From NCBI GenBank assembly GCA_019247495.1, contig JAFAOU010000081.1, forward strand, positions 3,410 through 67,409: a DNA stretch of 64,000 nt, given 5' to 3'. The DNA comes from Acidobacteriota bacterium. GTDB lineage: Bacteria > Acidobacteriota > Thermoanaerobaculia > Gp7-AA8. A program made the position numbers and the translations under genes. Below the pieces are notes generated by a model. That model searched no databases. It was not told where the DNA came from and saw only the letters and a list, made by a program, of their open reading frames with translations. Below are positions 16,790 through 27,458 of this stretch, one piece after another. Each line of letters starts with the position of its first letter. Positions within the stretch are counted from its first letter, which is position 1.

Positions 16790-17542
16790 CTACGCGCTAC
16801 GTTTCAATCTGCGCTTCGCCGTGCCGACGAGCTCCTTCAGCGTCAGCGCATTGTTGACGGCGTACGCGGAGTCGTCGTTGTCCAAGTAGACGTACGCAGC
16901 GCGCAGCGTTCGCTTCCAGCCGTCGATTCGTTTCGCCCACTGCGCGAGCTGTTTGTCGCTGTAACTGCCCTGGTATTTGAACGACGTTGGGCCGTGGAGG
17001 CGGATGTAGGTCCAGCTTGCGGTGATCTCGATCGGCGACTGATAGCCGGCCAGTTCGTAGATGCAGAAGGCGGCGTCATATTTCTGGAGGACTTCGAGGA
17101 CGGCGTCGGTCATCCAGCTTTGGTTTCTTAGTTCGAACGCGTAACGGATTCCTTTCGGCAGCGAGCGCAGGAACTCCTCGAGCCGCTCGACATTGACGTT
17201 CCAACCGGGCGGGAGCTGCCAGAGGATCGGTCCGAGTTTCCTGCCGAGGCGCTGGGCGCGCGGGACGAAGTTGACGATGCCGCGGTCGGGATCCTTCAAC
17301 TTGATCATGTGCGTGATGAAGCGGCTGCCCTTCACGGCGTAGAGGAAATCGGACGGCACCGCGTCGCGCCACGAGTCGAACTGCGACTCTTTCGGCAGGT
17401 GATAGAAGGTGTTGTTCAACTCCACCGTGTCGAAGTCGCGCAGGTACCACGACAGCATCCCGGCCGCCTTCATATCGTCTGGATAGTAGCGGCCGATCCA
17501 GTGTTTGTAGTGGTAGCCGGAAGTGCCGATGCGGATGTCCAT
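16790..17542 (-). CDS. DUF72 (UPF0759) family protein
   Basis: 250 aa. Hallmark N-terminus 'IRIGTSGYHYKHWIGRYYP'. Confidence 0.85.
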   Translation of the reverse strand: MDIRIGTSGYHYKHWIGRYYPDDMKAAGMLSWYLRDFDTVELNNTFYHLPKESQFDSWRDAVPSDFLYAVKGSRFITHMIKLKDPDRGIVNFVPRAQRLGRKLGPILWQLPPGWNVNVERLEEFLRSLPKGIRYAFELRNQSWMTDAVLEVLQKYDAAFCIYELAGYQSPIEITASWTYIRLHGPTSFKYQGSYSDKQLAQWAKRIDGWKRTLRAAYVYLDNDDSAYAVNNALTLKELVGTAKRRLKRSA

Positions 17543-17554
17543 GGTGTGCGGGGT

Positions 17555-17582
17555 GCGGTCTCGCGGCGCACCGCGAGACCGC
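17555..17582 (-). terminator. 12-bp perfect GC-rich stem-loop after the Thr/Ala-rich lipoprotein gene (no U-tract)
   Basis: GCGGTCTCGCGG-CGCA-CCGCGAGACCGC. Confidence 0.4.
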
Positions 17583-17590
17583 CGGGAACG

Positions 17591-18595
17591 CTACTTCTGG
17601 TTCTTGATGACCGAGGGTGGCGTCGTGCTTGTGTTGGTTACAGTCACGGTGCCGTTCGCGTTGGTGATGACGCGGATCGGCGCGACTACGCGGGCTGCTC
17701 CTGCGGTGCGTGTCGTCGTCGATGCCGCTGTCCTTGTCGTTGGGGTTGTCACGGTAGACGAGGTCGATGATGCGGTCGCGGAGGTCGCTGCCGGCGTTAC
17801 ACGGAGACTGGCAAGCGGCGGATTGGCGGCGCGCGTCGGACTGGCGTTCACGGAGGACGTGAGTGTCGGCGTGAGGGTTGTCGTGCTCGCGCCGGTTGCC
17901 ACGGACGTCATCGCCGGATCGGCGGCGAATTGACCAGGCGTCGCGGTGATGGCGGCGGTGGTCGGAGTGAGAGTGGTGTTGGAAAGCGTCGGAGTAGTCG
18001 CGATCGCGGCGGTGGTCGGCGTTGCGGTTGCCCCGCCCGTGGTCGCCAGGGCCGATGCCGCCGTGGCACCTGTCGTCGCTCCGACAGTCGCGGCGGCGGT
18101 TGAGCCCGTGGCTCCTACCGCGCTGAGGAATGCGGCTTCATCGGCATTCGAACCTCCGATAACGACCGGAGTCGGCCCCGAACTGATGGACGCGTTGACC
18201 GTCGCCTGCGGATTGGCGTAGGCCGACGGCGGGATGAGTTGACCGGTCGGAGCCGGCGGCGTTGTCGGGACGGCCTGCTCGCCGGCTGGGTTGATCGTGC
18301 CGAGGAATCGCTCGCGCTGATGAGAGGCGACGATGGCGGCCGATTCGTTGGCGCGGTCGACGCTGACGCCGGCTGCCATTGCGCTTGTCATTGGCGGATT
18401 CGACATTCCTGAGGATGTGCCTGGCGTCGACGACGGCGTGGCAGGCGCGGTCATACCCGGCTGACCATCGCCCGGCGTGCGATTTGTCGAGCAGCCGAAC
18501 ACTGCCAATGACGCGATTGCCGCGGCGGCCGCGAACCCGCGTAATCCGCCTCGTAAGTGCTGTGTAGTGTTGTGCATAGAGGCCTCCAGTTTCAT
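17591..18595 (-). CDS. Low-complexity Thr/Ala/Ser-rich lipoprotein
   Basis: 334 aa. Lipobox-like 'LAVFGC'. Most of the mature protein is T/A/S/P repeats, ending in 'VITNANGTVTVTNTSTTPPS'. Confidence 0.6.
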   Translation of the reverse strand: MKLEASMHNTTQHLRGGLRGFAAAAAIASLAVFGCSTNRTPGDGQPGMTAPATPSSTPGTSSGMSNPPMTSAMAAGVSVDRANESAAIVASHQRERFLGTINPAGEQAVPTTPPAPTGQLIPPSAYANPQATVNASISSGPTPVVIGGSNADEAAFLSAVGATGSTAAATVGATTGATAASALATTGGATATPTTAAIATTPTLSNTTLTPTTAAITATPGQFAADPAMTSVATGASTTTLTPTLTSSVNASPTRAANPPLASLRVTPAATSATASSTSSTVTTPTTRTAASTTTRTAGAARVVAPIRVITNANGTVTVTNTSTTPPSVIKNQK

Positions 18596-18647
18596 CGCTT
18601 GACACCTGTTATTTAGAGCAACAGGCGAGCCAAGAAACGGGGGCCGT

Positions 18648-20066
18648 TTAGGTCAGACGCCGCAATGCCGACTGCGCGGACCAGTAACCGCACATGCCGT
18701 GCACTCCCCCGCCCGGCGGCGTGGAGCTGGAGGCGAGGTAGATCCGCTTGTTCGGCGTCGAATACGGATCGAGTTGGACGAAGGGACGCGCCAGAACCTG
18801 CATCAGATTGTTCGCGCCGCCGGCGATGTCGCCGCCGATCATGTTGGCGTTGTACGCCTCGTACTGAACGCTATTTCTGGCGTAGCGCGCCAGGATGCGG
18901 TCGCGGAAGCCGGGCGCAAACCGCTCGATCTGCGCTTCGATGATGCCGGTCATGTCTTCCGTCGATCCGTGCGGAACGTGGCAATAACCCCAGCCGGTGT
19001 GCTTGCCGGCCGGCGCGCGCGTGTCGTCGAAAAGGCTCTGCTGCGCGACGAGGACGAACGGCTTGCCATCGTTGCGTCCCTTCCAGATCGCTGCTTCGTG
19101 CGCGGCGATCTCCTCGATCGTTCCGCCCACATGCACGGTTGCGGACCTGGCGCATTCCGGCGCGCGCCATGGAATCGGTCCGTCGAGCGCCCAGTCGACT
19201 TTGAAAACGCCGGGCCCGTAGCGAAAGCGGCGCAGCCGTTTTACGTACGAAGCCGGCAGCGCATCGCCGGCGATGTCCGCGAGCTGGCGCGGCGTGACGT
19301 CGAAGAGGACGGCGCGCGACGGCGGAATGTCCTTCATCGATCGCACGGGGTTCGAGGTCCGGATCGTCCCGCCGAGGGAACGGAGATATCCGGCCAGCGC
19401 GTCGATGATCGCGACGGATCCTCCACGCGCGCACGGCCAGCCGACCGCGTGGCCGGCCACCGCCAGCACCAGTCCGAACGATGCCGATCCGGCAGCGTCG
19501 AGCGGCAGGAATGAGTGCGCGGCACAGCCGCCGAAGAGCGCCCGCGCGGCGTCGGTCCGGAATCGCTTGGCGACGGAAAGAGCGGATCGAATTCCGGCCA
19601 GGCCGAAGCGCGTCAGTACGAGCGGATGGCGCGGCAGAAGCCGGATCGGTCGCAGGATCTCGTCGAAGAGCTCTTCTGCGTTGGATGCGAACGGCGCCAT
19701 CAACCGCTCGTAGGCGCCGCCATCCACGCCGAGCCGCATTGCCGTTTTCTCCAGCGACAGTTCTAGGATCGCAGCGCTTCCGTCGTCGAGTGGATGCGCG
19801 ATCGCGTACGGCGACTCCCGCCACACCAGTCCATGTTCCGCCAGCGGCAGCGTCTGAAAAAACGGAGAGACGAGGCCCATCGGATGGATGGCCGAGCAGA
19901 CGTCGTGCTGAAAGCCCGGCAGCGTCAGCTCCTCGGTTCTGGCTCCGCCGCCGATGGTCTCCTTCGCTTCGAGCACCACGACGCGGCGTCCCGCGCGCGC
20001 CAGCACGATGGCCGCGGCAAGTCCGTTCGGTCCGGAGCCAACGACGGTGGCGTCGAATTCGGTCAC
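18648..20066 (-). CDS. FAD-dependent oxidoreductase, phytoene desaturase (CrtI)/amine-oxidase-like
   Basis: 472 aa. Rossmann 'VVGSGPNGLAAAIVLARAGRRVVVLEA...GGGART'. Start lies 1 nt after the DAHP synthase stop. Confidence 0.8.
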   Translation of the reverse strand: MTEFDATVVGSGPNGLAAAIVLARAGRRVVVLEAKETIGGGARTEELTLPGFQHDVCSAIHPMGLVSPFFQTLPLAEHGLVWRESPYAIAHPLDDGSAAILELSLEKTAMRLGVDGGAYERLMAPFASNAEELFDEILRPIRLLPRHPLVLTRFGLAGIRSALSVAKRFRTDAARALFGGCAAHSFLPLDAAGSASFGLVLAVAGHAVGWPCARGGSVAIIDALAGYLRSLGGTIRTSNPVRSMKDIPPSRAVLFDVTPRQLADIAGDALPASYVKRLRRFRYGPGVFKVDWALDGPIPWRAPECARSATVHVGGTIEEIAAHEAAIWKGRNDGKPFVLVAQQSLFDDTRAPAGKHTGWGYCHVPHGSTEDMTGIIEAQIERFAPGFRDRILARYARNSVQYEAYNANMIGGDIAGGANNLMQVLARPFVQLDPYSTPNKRIYLASSSTPPGGGVHGMCGYWSAQSALRRLT

Positions 20067-20067
20067 A

Positions 20068-21105
20068 TCAAACGCTGGCAGTCAGCGCGGGTTGCAACGA
20101 GCGGCCGACGACGCGCGCGATCGCGTCGCATTCGCGGACGATCTGTGCGAAGGCGTCCGGCAGGATGGCTTGCGGACCGTCGGAGAGCGCTTCCTCCGGC
20201 TTGTGATGGACTTCGATGAGCACGCCGTCGGCGCCGGCGGCGATCGAGGCGCGCGACATCGGCGCGACTTTGTTCCGCTTGCCGGTGCCGTGGCTCGGAT
20301 CGACGAGCACAGGCAGATGGCTGATGCGTTTGATGGCCGGGATGATGGAGAGATCGAGCGTGTTGCGAGTGTGATCGGCAAACGTCCGCACGCCGCGCTC
20401 GCACAGGATCACGTTGTAGTTGCCCTCGGCCATGATGTACTCGGCTGACAGCAGCAGCTCCTCCAGCGTCGCCGACATCCCCCGCTTCAGCAACACCGGC
20501 TTCCGCGCGCGGCCGGCCATCTTCAGCAGCGAGAAGTTCTGCATGTTGCGGGCGCCGATCTGGATGCAGTCGGCGTACTTGTCGACCAGCAGCAGCGCCT
20601 CGTTGTCGATCGCCTCCGTGACGATGGGGAGGTCGAACTCCTCCCGTACGCGCGCGAGAATTTCGAGCCCTTCCTCTCCGAGTCCCTGAAACGAGTACGG
20701 CGAGGTGCGCGGTTTGTAGGCGCCGCCGCGAAAGAGCTGGCCGCCTGCGTTCTTGATCCCCTCGGCGATGGCGCGCGCCTGATCGAGCGACTCGACCGCG
20801 CACGGTCCGCCGACGACGATGATGCCGTTTCCGCCGACGTCGACGCCGCCAACATTAATGATGCTGTCATCCGGACGCGCTTCGCGGCTGACCAGCTTGT
20901 AGGCGTGGGAGACGCGGATGACTTCCTTGACACCCGGATAGTTTTCGAGAACCTCGGGATCGGCCGTGCCCGGCTTGCCGGTGATGCCGATGGCGGTGCG
21001 GTTGGCCCCGGGGATGGCGTGAGCCTTGAGGCCCATGCGCTCGATGTGGCGGACGACAGCTTCGATTTGATCGGGCCGTGCACCGGCCTCCATGACGACG
21101 AGCAT
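20068..21105 (-). CDS. aroF: 3-deoxy-7-phosphoheptulonate (DAHP) synthase, type I-beta with an N-terminal ACT/ferredoxin-like regulatory domain
   Basis: 345 aa. N-terminal ~70-aa '[33 protein letters not shown]', then a KDO8PS/DAHPS I-beta core ('[12 protein letters not shown]', 'VDPSHGTG'). Confidence 0.9.
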   Translation of the reverse strand: MLVVMEAGARPDQIEAVVRHIERMGLKAHAIPGANRTAIGITGKPGTADPEVLENYPGVKEVIRVSHAYKLVSREARPDDSIINVGGVDVGGNGIIVVGGPCAVESLDQARAIAEGIKNAGGQLFRGGAYKPRTSPYSFQGLGEEGLEILARVREEFDLPIVTEAIDNEALLLVDKYADCIQIGARNMQNFSLLKMAGRARKPVLLKRGMSATLEELLLSAEYIMAEGNYNVILCERGVRTFADHTRNTLDLSIIPAIKRISHLPVLVDPSHGTGKRNKVAPMSRASIAAGADGVLIEVHHKPEEALSDGPQAILPDAFAQIVRECDAIARVVGRSLQPALTASV

Positions 21106-21153
21106 CGGGTCAGTATAATCGAGCGTTCTGAGGCGTCATTCCGGGAGACTCTG

Positions 21154-21873
21154 ATGAATAAATCGCTGATCCTCGCCGCACTCGCAGTCCTCACCGTCAC
21201 GCAACTCGTCGCGGCGTCGTATTGGGTCGTGATGAAAGACGGCACCCGCTACGAGGCACGCGCGAAGTGGACGATCGTCAACGGCAAGGCCACGATGACG
21301 CTCACGAATGGCACCGTGCTGGCGCTCGATCCAGCAGCGATCGACGTAGCGAAATCGGATGAGATGACCCGGCTCGGAGGCGGCGAGCTCCTCGGCGTGG
21401 AGCAGCGGCCGGCAGCGACCTCGAAAGCATCCGAGATCGGCAGCGCGATCCGGCTTCGCAAGCTGCAGCCGGCGCAACCACCCTCTGCCGCGCCTGCCCC
21501 GGTTGCCGCCGAAACAGTCGCGATCGCGCCCGGCCCCGGCCTAGGTCAAAACGTGATCAGCAAATTCGAGCGCGGCTTTGAAGACATCGGCATCTTCGAA
21601 CACAAGGTCATCTCGACCGGCCCCCATTCGCTGCGAGCGGATCTGACCGCGGACAACGAGGAGAAGGTCTTCAACACGCTCACCGCCACGGCGTTTTTGA
21701 TGATGCACAACGCCGGCGTGGCGGGCGTGCAGATCGATTCGGTCGATCTCTTCCTGAAGACGACGACCTTCGGCGCCGCTGGACGGTTTCACGTCACGCG
21801 CGAGGACGCCCAAGCGCTCGATTCGAAGACGATCACGCCGGCGAACTACTTCGTGCTCAAAGTGCTCCTGTGA
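21154..21873 (+). CDS. Hypothetical exported protein
   Basis: ATG at 21154 followed by a signal-like 'MNKSLILAALAVLTVTQLVAA'. The upstream part of the 322-aa ORF overlaps aroF antisense. TATAAT at 21113-21118. Confidence 0.55.
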   Translation: MNKSLILAALAVLTVTQLVAASYWVVMKDGTRYEARAKWTIVNGKATMTLTNGTVLALDPAAIDVAKSDEMTRLGGGELLGVEQRPAATSKASEIGSAIRLRKLQPAQPPSAAPAPVAAETVAIAPGPGLGQNVISKFERGFEDIGIFEHKVISTGPHSLRADLTADNEEKVFNTLTATAFLMMHNAGVAGVQIDSVDLFLKTTTFGAAGRFHVTREDAQALDSKTITPANYFVLKVLL

Positions 21874-21875
21874 TC

Positions 21876-21990
21876 GTGTGGCACAGACACTCTTGTCTGT
21901 GCTGGGGAGGCTCGGGACGACTGAGCAAAGGCTTGCCGATGTCAGTCGCTCCACCTTGCCAAAGTACAGACAAGAGTGTCTGTGCCACAC
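21876..21990. repeat. 25-bp perfect inverted repeat (GTGTGGCACAGACACTCTTGTCTGT / ACAGACAAGAGTGTCTGTGCCACAC) around a 65-nt spacer; each arm is itself a 9-bp mini-hairpin
   Basis: Left arm 21876-21900, right arm 21966-21990. GCACAGACA-CTCT-TGTCTGTGC is self-complementary. It sits between convergent stop codons 21871-21873 and 22007-22009. Confidence 0.85.
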
Positions 21991-22006
21991 CAATCCTCTC
22001 AAGCAA

Positions 22007-23050
22007 TCACTTCACGACGTCGACGCTTGCGGCGCTTCCGTACACGGTGACGTAGCGGAAGTTGCGCGAGTCTTCGTCGACGATGACCCGCTCCCCTGCC
22101 GCGAAAACGAATCGATCGAGGACGCCTTCGACGGTGAAAAGTTCGGCGCGATTGTTCGCGAAGCGCACGGTGACGTTGCGCGCGGCGTCGCCGGCGTTGC
22201 GCAGCGTGAATCGTGCGCGTCCTGAGACCGGACCGAAGTCGTACGCGGTCGCGTGCGTCTTGCGCGAGACCGTCACCGCCGTGCCGCCGATGACGGCGAT
22301 CTCCGGCAGGGCCGTCTCGAAGTCGAAGGATTCGCGCGGCGCGACGACCTGCTGCGAAGGCACGAACGGCTTCGCCTCGCGCTGCACGAGGTAGTTCCAG
22401 CGCCGCGCGGGCGGACGCCCGAGGAGTTGGGGACGCGAGATGTCGCCTGCCGGCGGATCGTGGAGCAGCAGATCGTCGCGCCAGCGGCGGACGATGTGCC
22501 AGTCGTTGCCGGTCACGACGAAGTTGCCGAACTCCTGCGTCAGATCGATCGACGCGATCAGGCCGCCGACGCCGTTCGCGCTGCGCAGCGCCACCACCAT
22601 GCGATTTTTCTTGTCGCGCGCCAGCGTGCTCACGTCATACGTGTCGAGCGCCTCGTTGTCGTCGCCGACATGCCGTCCGCCGATGGTCACGCCGTTGAAG
22701 TACAGCGTGTACTCCGGATCGCCGAGCATCTTGATCCGCGTGAACGTCCTGTTCGGCGGCAGGTCGAACTCATGCGTCGCAAAGAAAGCGGCGGGATTGC
22801 CGTCTGCCAGCCGGTTCTGCTGCCAGATCCACTGCGCAGTTCCGGTGTTGTCGAAGAACTTGTGGGAGTAAAGCAGCTCCAGACGGCTGGCCGCGGCGAC
22901 GACAACAAAAACACTCGCGGCGATGATGATGAGGCGGCGGGTCAGTATCCGGTCGGTGGGAGTGGGGAGTCGGGAGTCGGGTGTCGTAGGTCGAAATCCA
23001 TTCGTGTGCCGAGCTCCGACCCCCGACTCCCGACTCCCGGCCCCCGACAT
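22007..23050 (-). CDS. Membrane-anchored protein with a galactose-binding-domain-like region; start uncertain
   Basis: TM anchor 'LIIIAASVFVVVAAA' followed by 'AQWIWQQ...YTLYFNGVTIGG...YDVSTL' (carbohydrate-binding-module-like pattern). The only ATG starts (23050, 23065, 23077, 23119) lie within or beyond the GGGAGTC hairpin. Confidence 0.5.
   Translation of the reverse strand: MSGAGSRESGVGARHTNGFRPTTPDSRLPTPTDRILTRRLIIIAASVFVVVAAASRLELLYSHKFFDNTGTAQWIWQQNRLADGNPAAFFATHEFDLPPNRTFTRIKMLGDPEYTLYFNGVTIGGRHVGDDNEALDTYDVSTLARDKKNRMVVALRSANGVGGLIASIDLTQEFGNFVVTGNDWHIVRRWRDDLLLHDPPAGDISRPQLLGRPPARRWNYLVQREAKPFVPSQQVVAPRESFDFETALPEIAVIGGTAVTVSRKTHATAYDFGPVSGRARFTLRNAGDAARNVTVRFANNRAELFTVEGVLDRFVFAAGERVIVDEDSRNFRYVTVYGSAASVDVVK
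22951..23048. repeat. GGGAGTC-unit hairpin
   Basis: The left arm GGTCGGTGGGAGTGGGGAGTCGGGAGTCGGGTGTCG (22951-22986) pairs with the right arm CCGACCCCCGACTCCCGACTCCCGGCCCCCGAC (23016-23048). It ends 15 nt before the kdsB ATG. Confidence 0.8.
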
Positions 23051-23063
23051 AGAATCGACATCC

Positions 23064-23771
23064 ATGAAGGCGGTCATTGTAATTCCGGCGCGGTGGGCAT
23101 CCTCGCGCTTCCCCGGCAAGCCGTTGGCGATGATCGCCGGCGTGTCGCTGATTCAGCGCGTCTACGAACGCGCCGCGCGCGCGAAGCGCGCCAGCGCTGT
23201 GTATGTGGCCACCGACGACGACCGCATCGCCGATCACGTCGCCTCATTCGGAGGCCGATTCGTGAGACCGGAAGGGGAGTTTCAGAGTGGCACCGACCGC
23301 ATCGCCGCGTCGCTCGATTTGCTTAGTGAGAACTACGCGCAGGTCATCAACGTCCAGGGCGACGAACCGCTCATCGACATCGACTCGATCGATGCCGTCA
23401 TCGAAGTGCTGCAGGAGACCGGCGCCGACATGGCCACGCTCGCGTCGCGCCTCGAACACGACGATGAACGCCAGTCGCGCGACGTCGTCAAAGTAGTCAC
23501 TGCACTCTCCGGCGATGCACTTTACTTCTCTCGTTCCCCGCTCGCCGGCGCGCAGCGCCACGTCGGGTTGTATGGCTATCAGGCGAGCGTTCTAAAAAGC
23601 CTCGCCGCTCTCGCGCCGTCCCCTCTCGAGCTCGCAGAATCGCTCGAACAGTTGCGAGCGCTGCAGAACGGCTTTAAAATCCGGGTCGCTCAAACCACAA
23701 GACCCCACCTCGGCGTCGATCGCCCCGAGGATGTTGCGCGCGTCGAACATGAACTGGCTGAAAAACAGTAA
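23064..23771 (+). CDS. kdsB: 3-deoxy-manno-octulosonate cytidylyltransferase (CMP-Kdo synthetase)
   Basis: Hallmark N-terminus 'MKAVIVIPARWASSRFPGKPL' and 'NVQGDEPLI'. Confidence 0.9.
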   Translation: MKAVIVIPARWASSRFPGKPLAMIAGVSLIQRVYERAARAKRASAVYVATDDDRIADHVASFGGRFVRPEGEFQSGTDRIAASLDLLSENYAQVINVQGDEPLIDIDSIDAVIEVLQETGADMATLASRLEHDDERQSRDVVKVVTALSGDALYFSRSPLAGAQRHVGLYGYQASVLKSLAALAPSPLELAESLEQLRALQNGFKIRVAQTTRPHLGVDRPEDVARVEHELAEKQ

Positions 23772-23909
23772 CCGCGGAGAGCGTTCGTGAGCTGCGTGCT
23801 CACACGCACACGCTTCTTCGCCACAGCCAGCACCACTCTCCCCGCCAGCAAGCAGCCCGGACCGCGCCGCGGCCTCGGGCCAAACTCTCTCAACCAACCG
23901 GAGGCATGA

Positions 23910-25972
<2,063 letters not shown>

Positions 25973-25975
25973 GAA

Positions 25976-26581
25976 TCAGTTGAGAACGTTCTCAAGGTTG
26001 GTCACCCGCTGACTGAGATCCAGGATTTGCTTCCTCATCTCGAACATCTCGGCGCGCAAGACTTCCATGTTGGCGTTCTGTTGTTTCATCTCGAATTCAA
26101 GCCGGCGCACAGCGGCAATCAGCGCGTGATACTCCGTTTCAAGGCGGTCAAAGCGACTGTAGATACCATCAACGTGAGTAAGCATCGCGTCGCGCGTTGC
26201 CAACGCATCAAGCTTCGATCGAACCTCATCGATGTCGAGGCGAATTACCGTTTCGTGGAAGCGGATCAGGACAGGCCAAGTGACCATCTCCCGGCGCATC
26301 GCGTTCATCGTGCGCTCCACAGCCTGTAGATCGGATTTCGTGGCCATTTCGCCGCGGACGGCCTCGAAACCCTTCGTCATATCGTCGCGAAGAGCCTGTA
26401 GCTCGGCCTTTGTGGCTATCTCGGCGCGGACGGCCTCAAACTCCGCCTTCGTCTCGGCACGGAGAGAGTCCAGATCTATCTTAGAGGGCAGACCGTCGAT
26501 CTTCAGGCGAATCTCATCAAACTGCGGTTGCACCACCTCGCGGTGAAACTGCATCAGCGCATCGAATAGCTCGTTCGCCAC
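25976..26581 (-). CDS. Coiled-coil protein (DUF1640-like impression) with an internal 22-aa tandem duplication; start uncertain
   Basis: Heptad-rich sequence. Duplicated 'FEAVR(A/G)E(I/M)ATK(A/S)(E/D)LQA'. Candidate starts are GTG 26581 and ATG 26554; the longer ORF to 26653 would overlap kdsA. Confidence 0.55.
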   Translation of the reverse strand: MANELFDALMQFHREVVQPQFDEIRLKIDGLPSKIDLDSLRAETKAEFEAVRAEIATKAELQALRDDMTKGFEAVRGEMATKSDLQAVERTMNAMRREMVTWPVLIRFHETVIRLDIDEVRSKLDALATRDAMLTHVDGIYSRFDRLETEYHALIAAVRRLEFEMKQQNANMEVLRAEMFEMRKQILDLSQRVTNLENVLN

Positions 26582-26618
26582 GTGCCGAGTGTACCTCGGT
26601 GAGTACAATGCGCGGCAC

Positions 26619-27449
26619 ATGAGTACGCGTTCAATCGCCATCACGGACACCATCTCTTTCGGCGGCGATCACCCTCCCCTTTTCATTGCCGGGCCGTGCG
26701 TCATCGAATCGCGCGAGCACGCCTTGCGGATGGCGCGGACGCTTCTGGCGCTGCGCGATGAGTTGAAGATCAATCTCGTTTTCAAGTCATCCTTCGACAA
26801 GGCGAATCGCACGTCGATCGAGTCGTTTCGCGGTCCCGGGATCGAGGCAGGATTGGACATTCTGCGCGCCGTGAAAGAGGAGACCGGGCTGCCGCTTCTT
26901 TCCGACATTCACGAATGGCAGCAGGCCGAGCGGGCGGCAGAGGTGCTCGACATCCTGCAGATCCCGGCGTTCCTCTGCCGGCAGACGGACCTCGTTGCCG
27001 CGGCTGCTCGGACGGGGAAAGCGGTCGGCGTGAAGAAGGGGCAGTTTCTTTCGCCGGAAGAGGCGAAGAACATTCTCGACAAGGGACGCGAGGCCGGGAA
27101 CGACCGCGTTTTCATCACCGAGCGTGGATCGTCATTCGGATATCAAAACCTCGTCGTCGACATGCGCGCCTTCCCGATCCTGCGCGGATTCGGAGCGCCG
27201 GTCGTGTACGACATCACGCATTCGATGCAGAAGCCGGGCGGCGAAGGAAGGCAGACGGGCGGGACGCCGCAATTCGCGCGGCCTCTCGCTCGCGCCGCCG
27301 CAGCCGCGGGAGCCGACGGCTTCTTCATGGAGGTGCACGACAATCCGCCGGCTGCGCTGAGCGACCGCACCACGCAGATTCGTCCCGAGGCCGCGCGCGA
27401 GATCATCAGCGACATTCTGGCGTTGCGCGCGGCGCTGCCTCCGCTCTGA
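26619..27449 (+). CDS. kdsA: 2-dehydro-3-deoxyphosphooctonate aldolase (Kdo-8-phosphate synthase)
   Basis: 'PLFIAGPCVIESREHA', 'KSSFDKANRTS', 'DITHSMQKPGG'. I prefer the ATG at 26619. TACAAT at 26604-26609. Confidence 0.92.
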   Translation: MSTRSIAITDTISFGGDHPPLFIAGPCVIESREHALRMARTLLALRDELKINLVFKSSFDKANRTSIESFRGPGIEAGLDILRAVKEETGLPLLSDIHEWQQAERAAEVLDILQIPAFLCRQTDLVAAAARTGKAVGVKKGQFLSPEEAKNILDKGREAGNDRVFITERGSSFGYQNLVVDMRAFPILRGFGAPVVYDITHSMQKPGGEGRQTGGTPQFARPLARAAAAAGADGFFMEVHDNPPAALSDRTTQIRPEAAREIISDILALRAALPPL

Positions 27450-27458
27450 GACGTTCGT

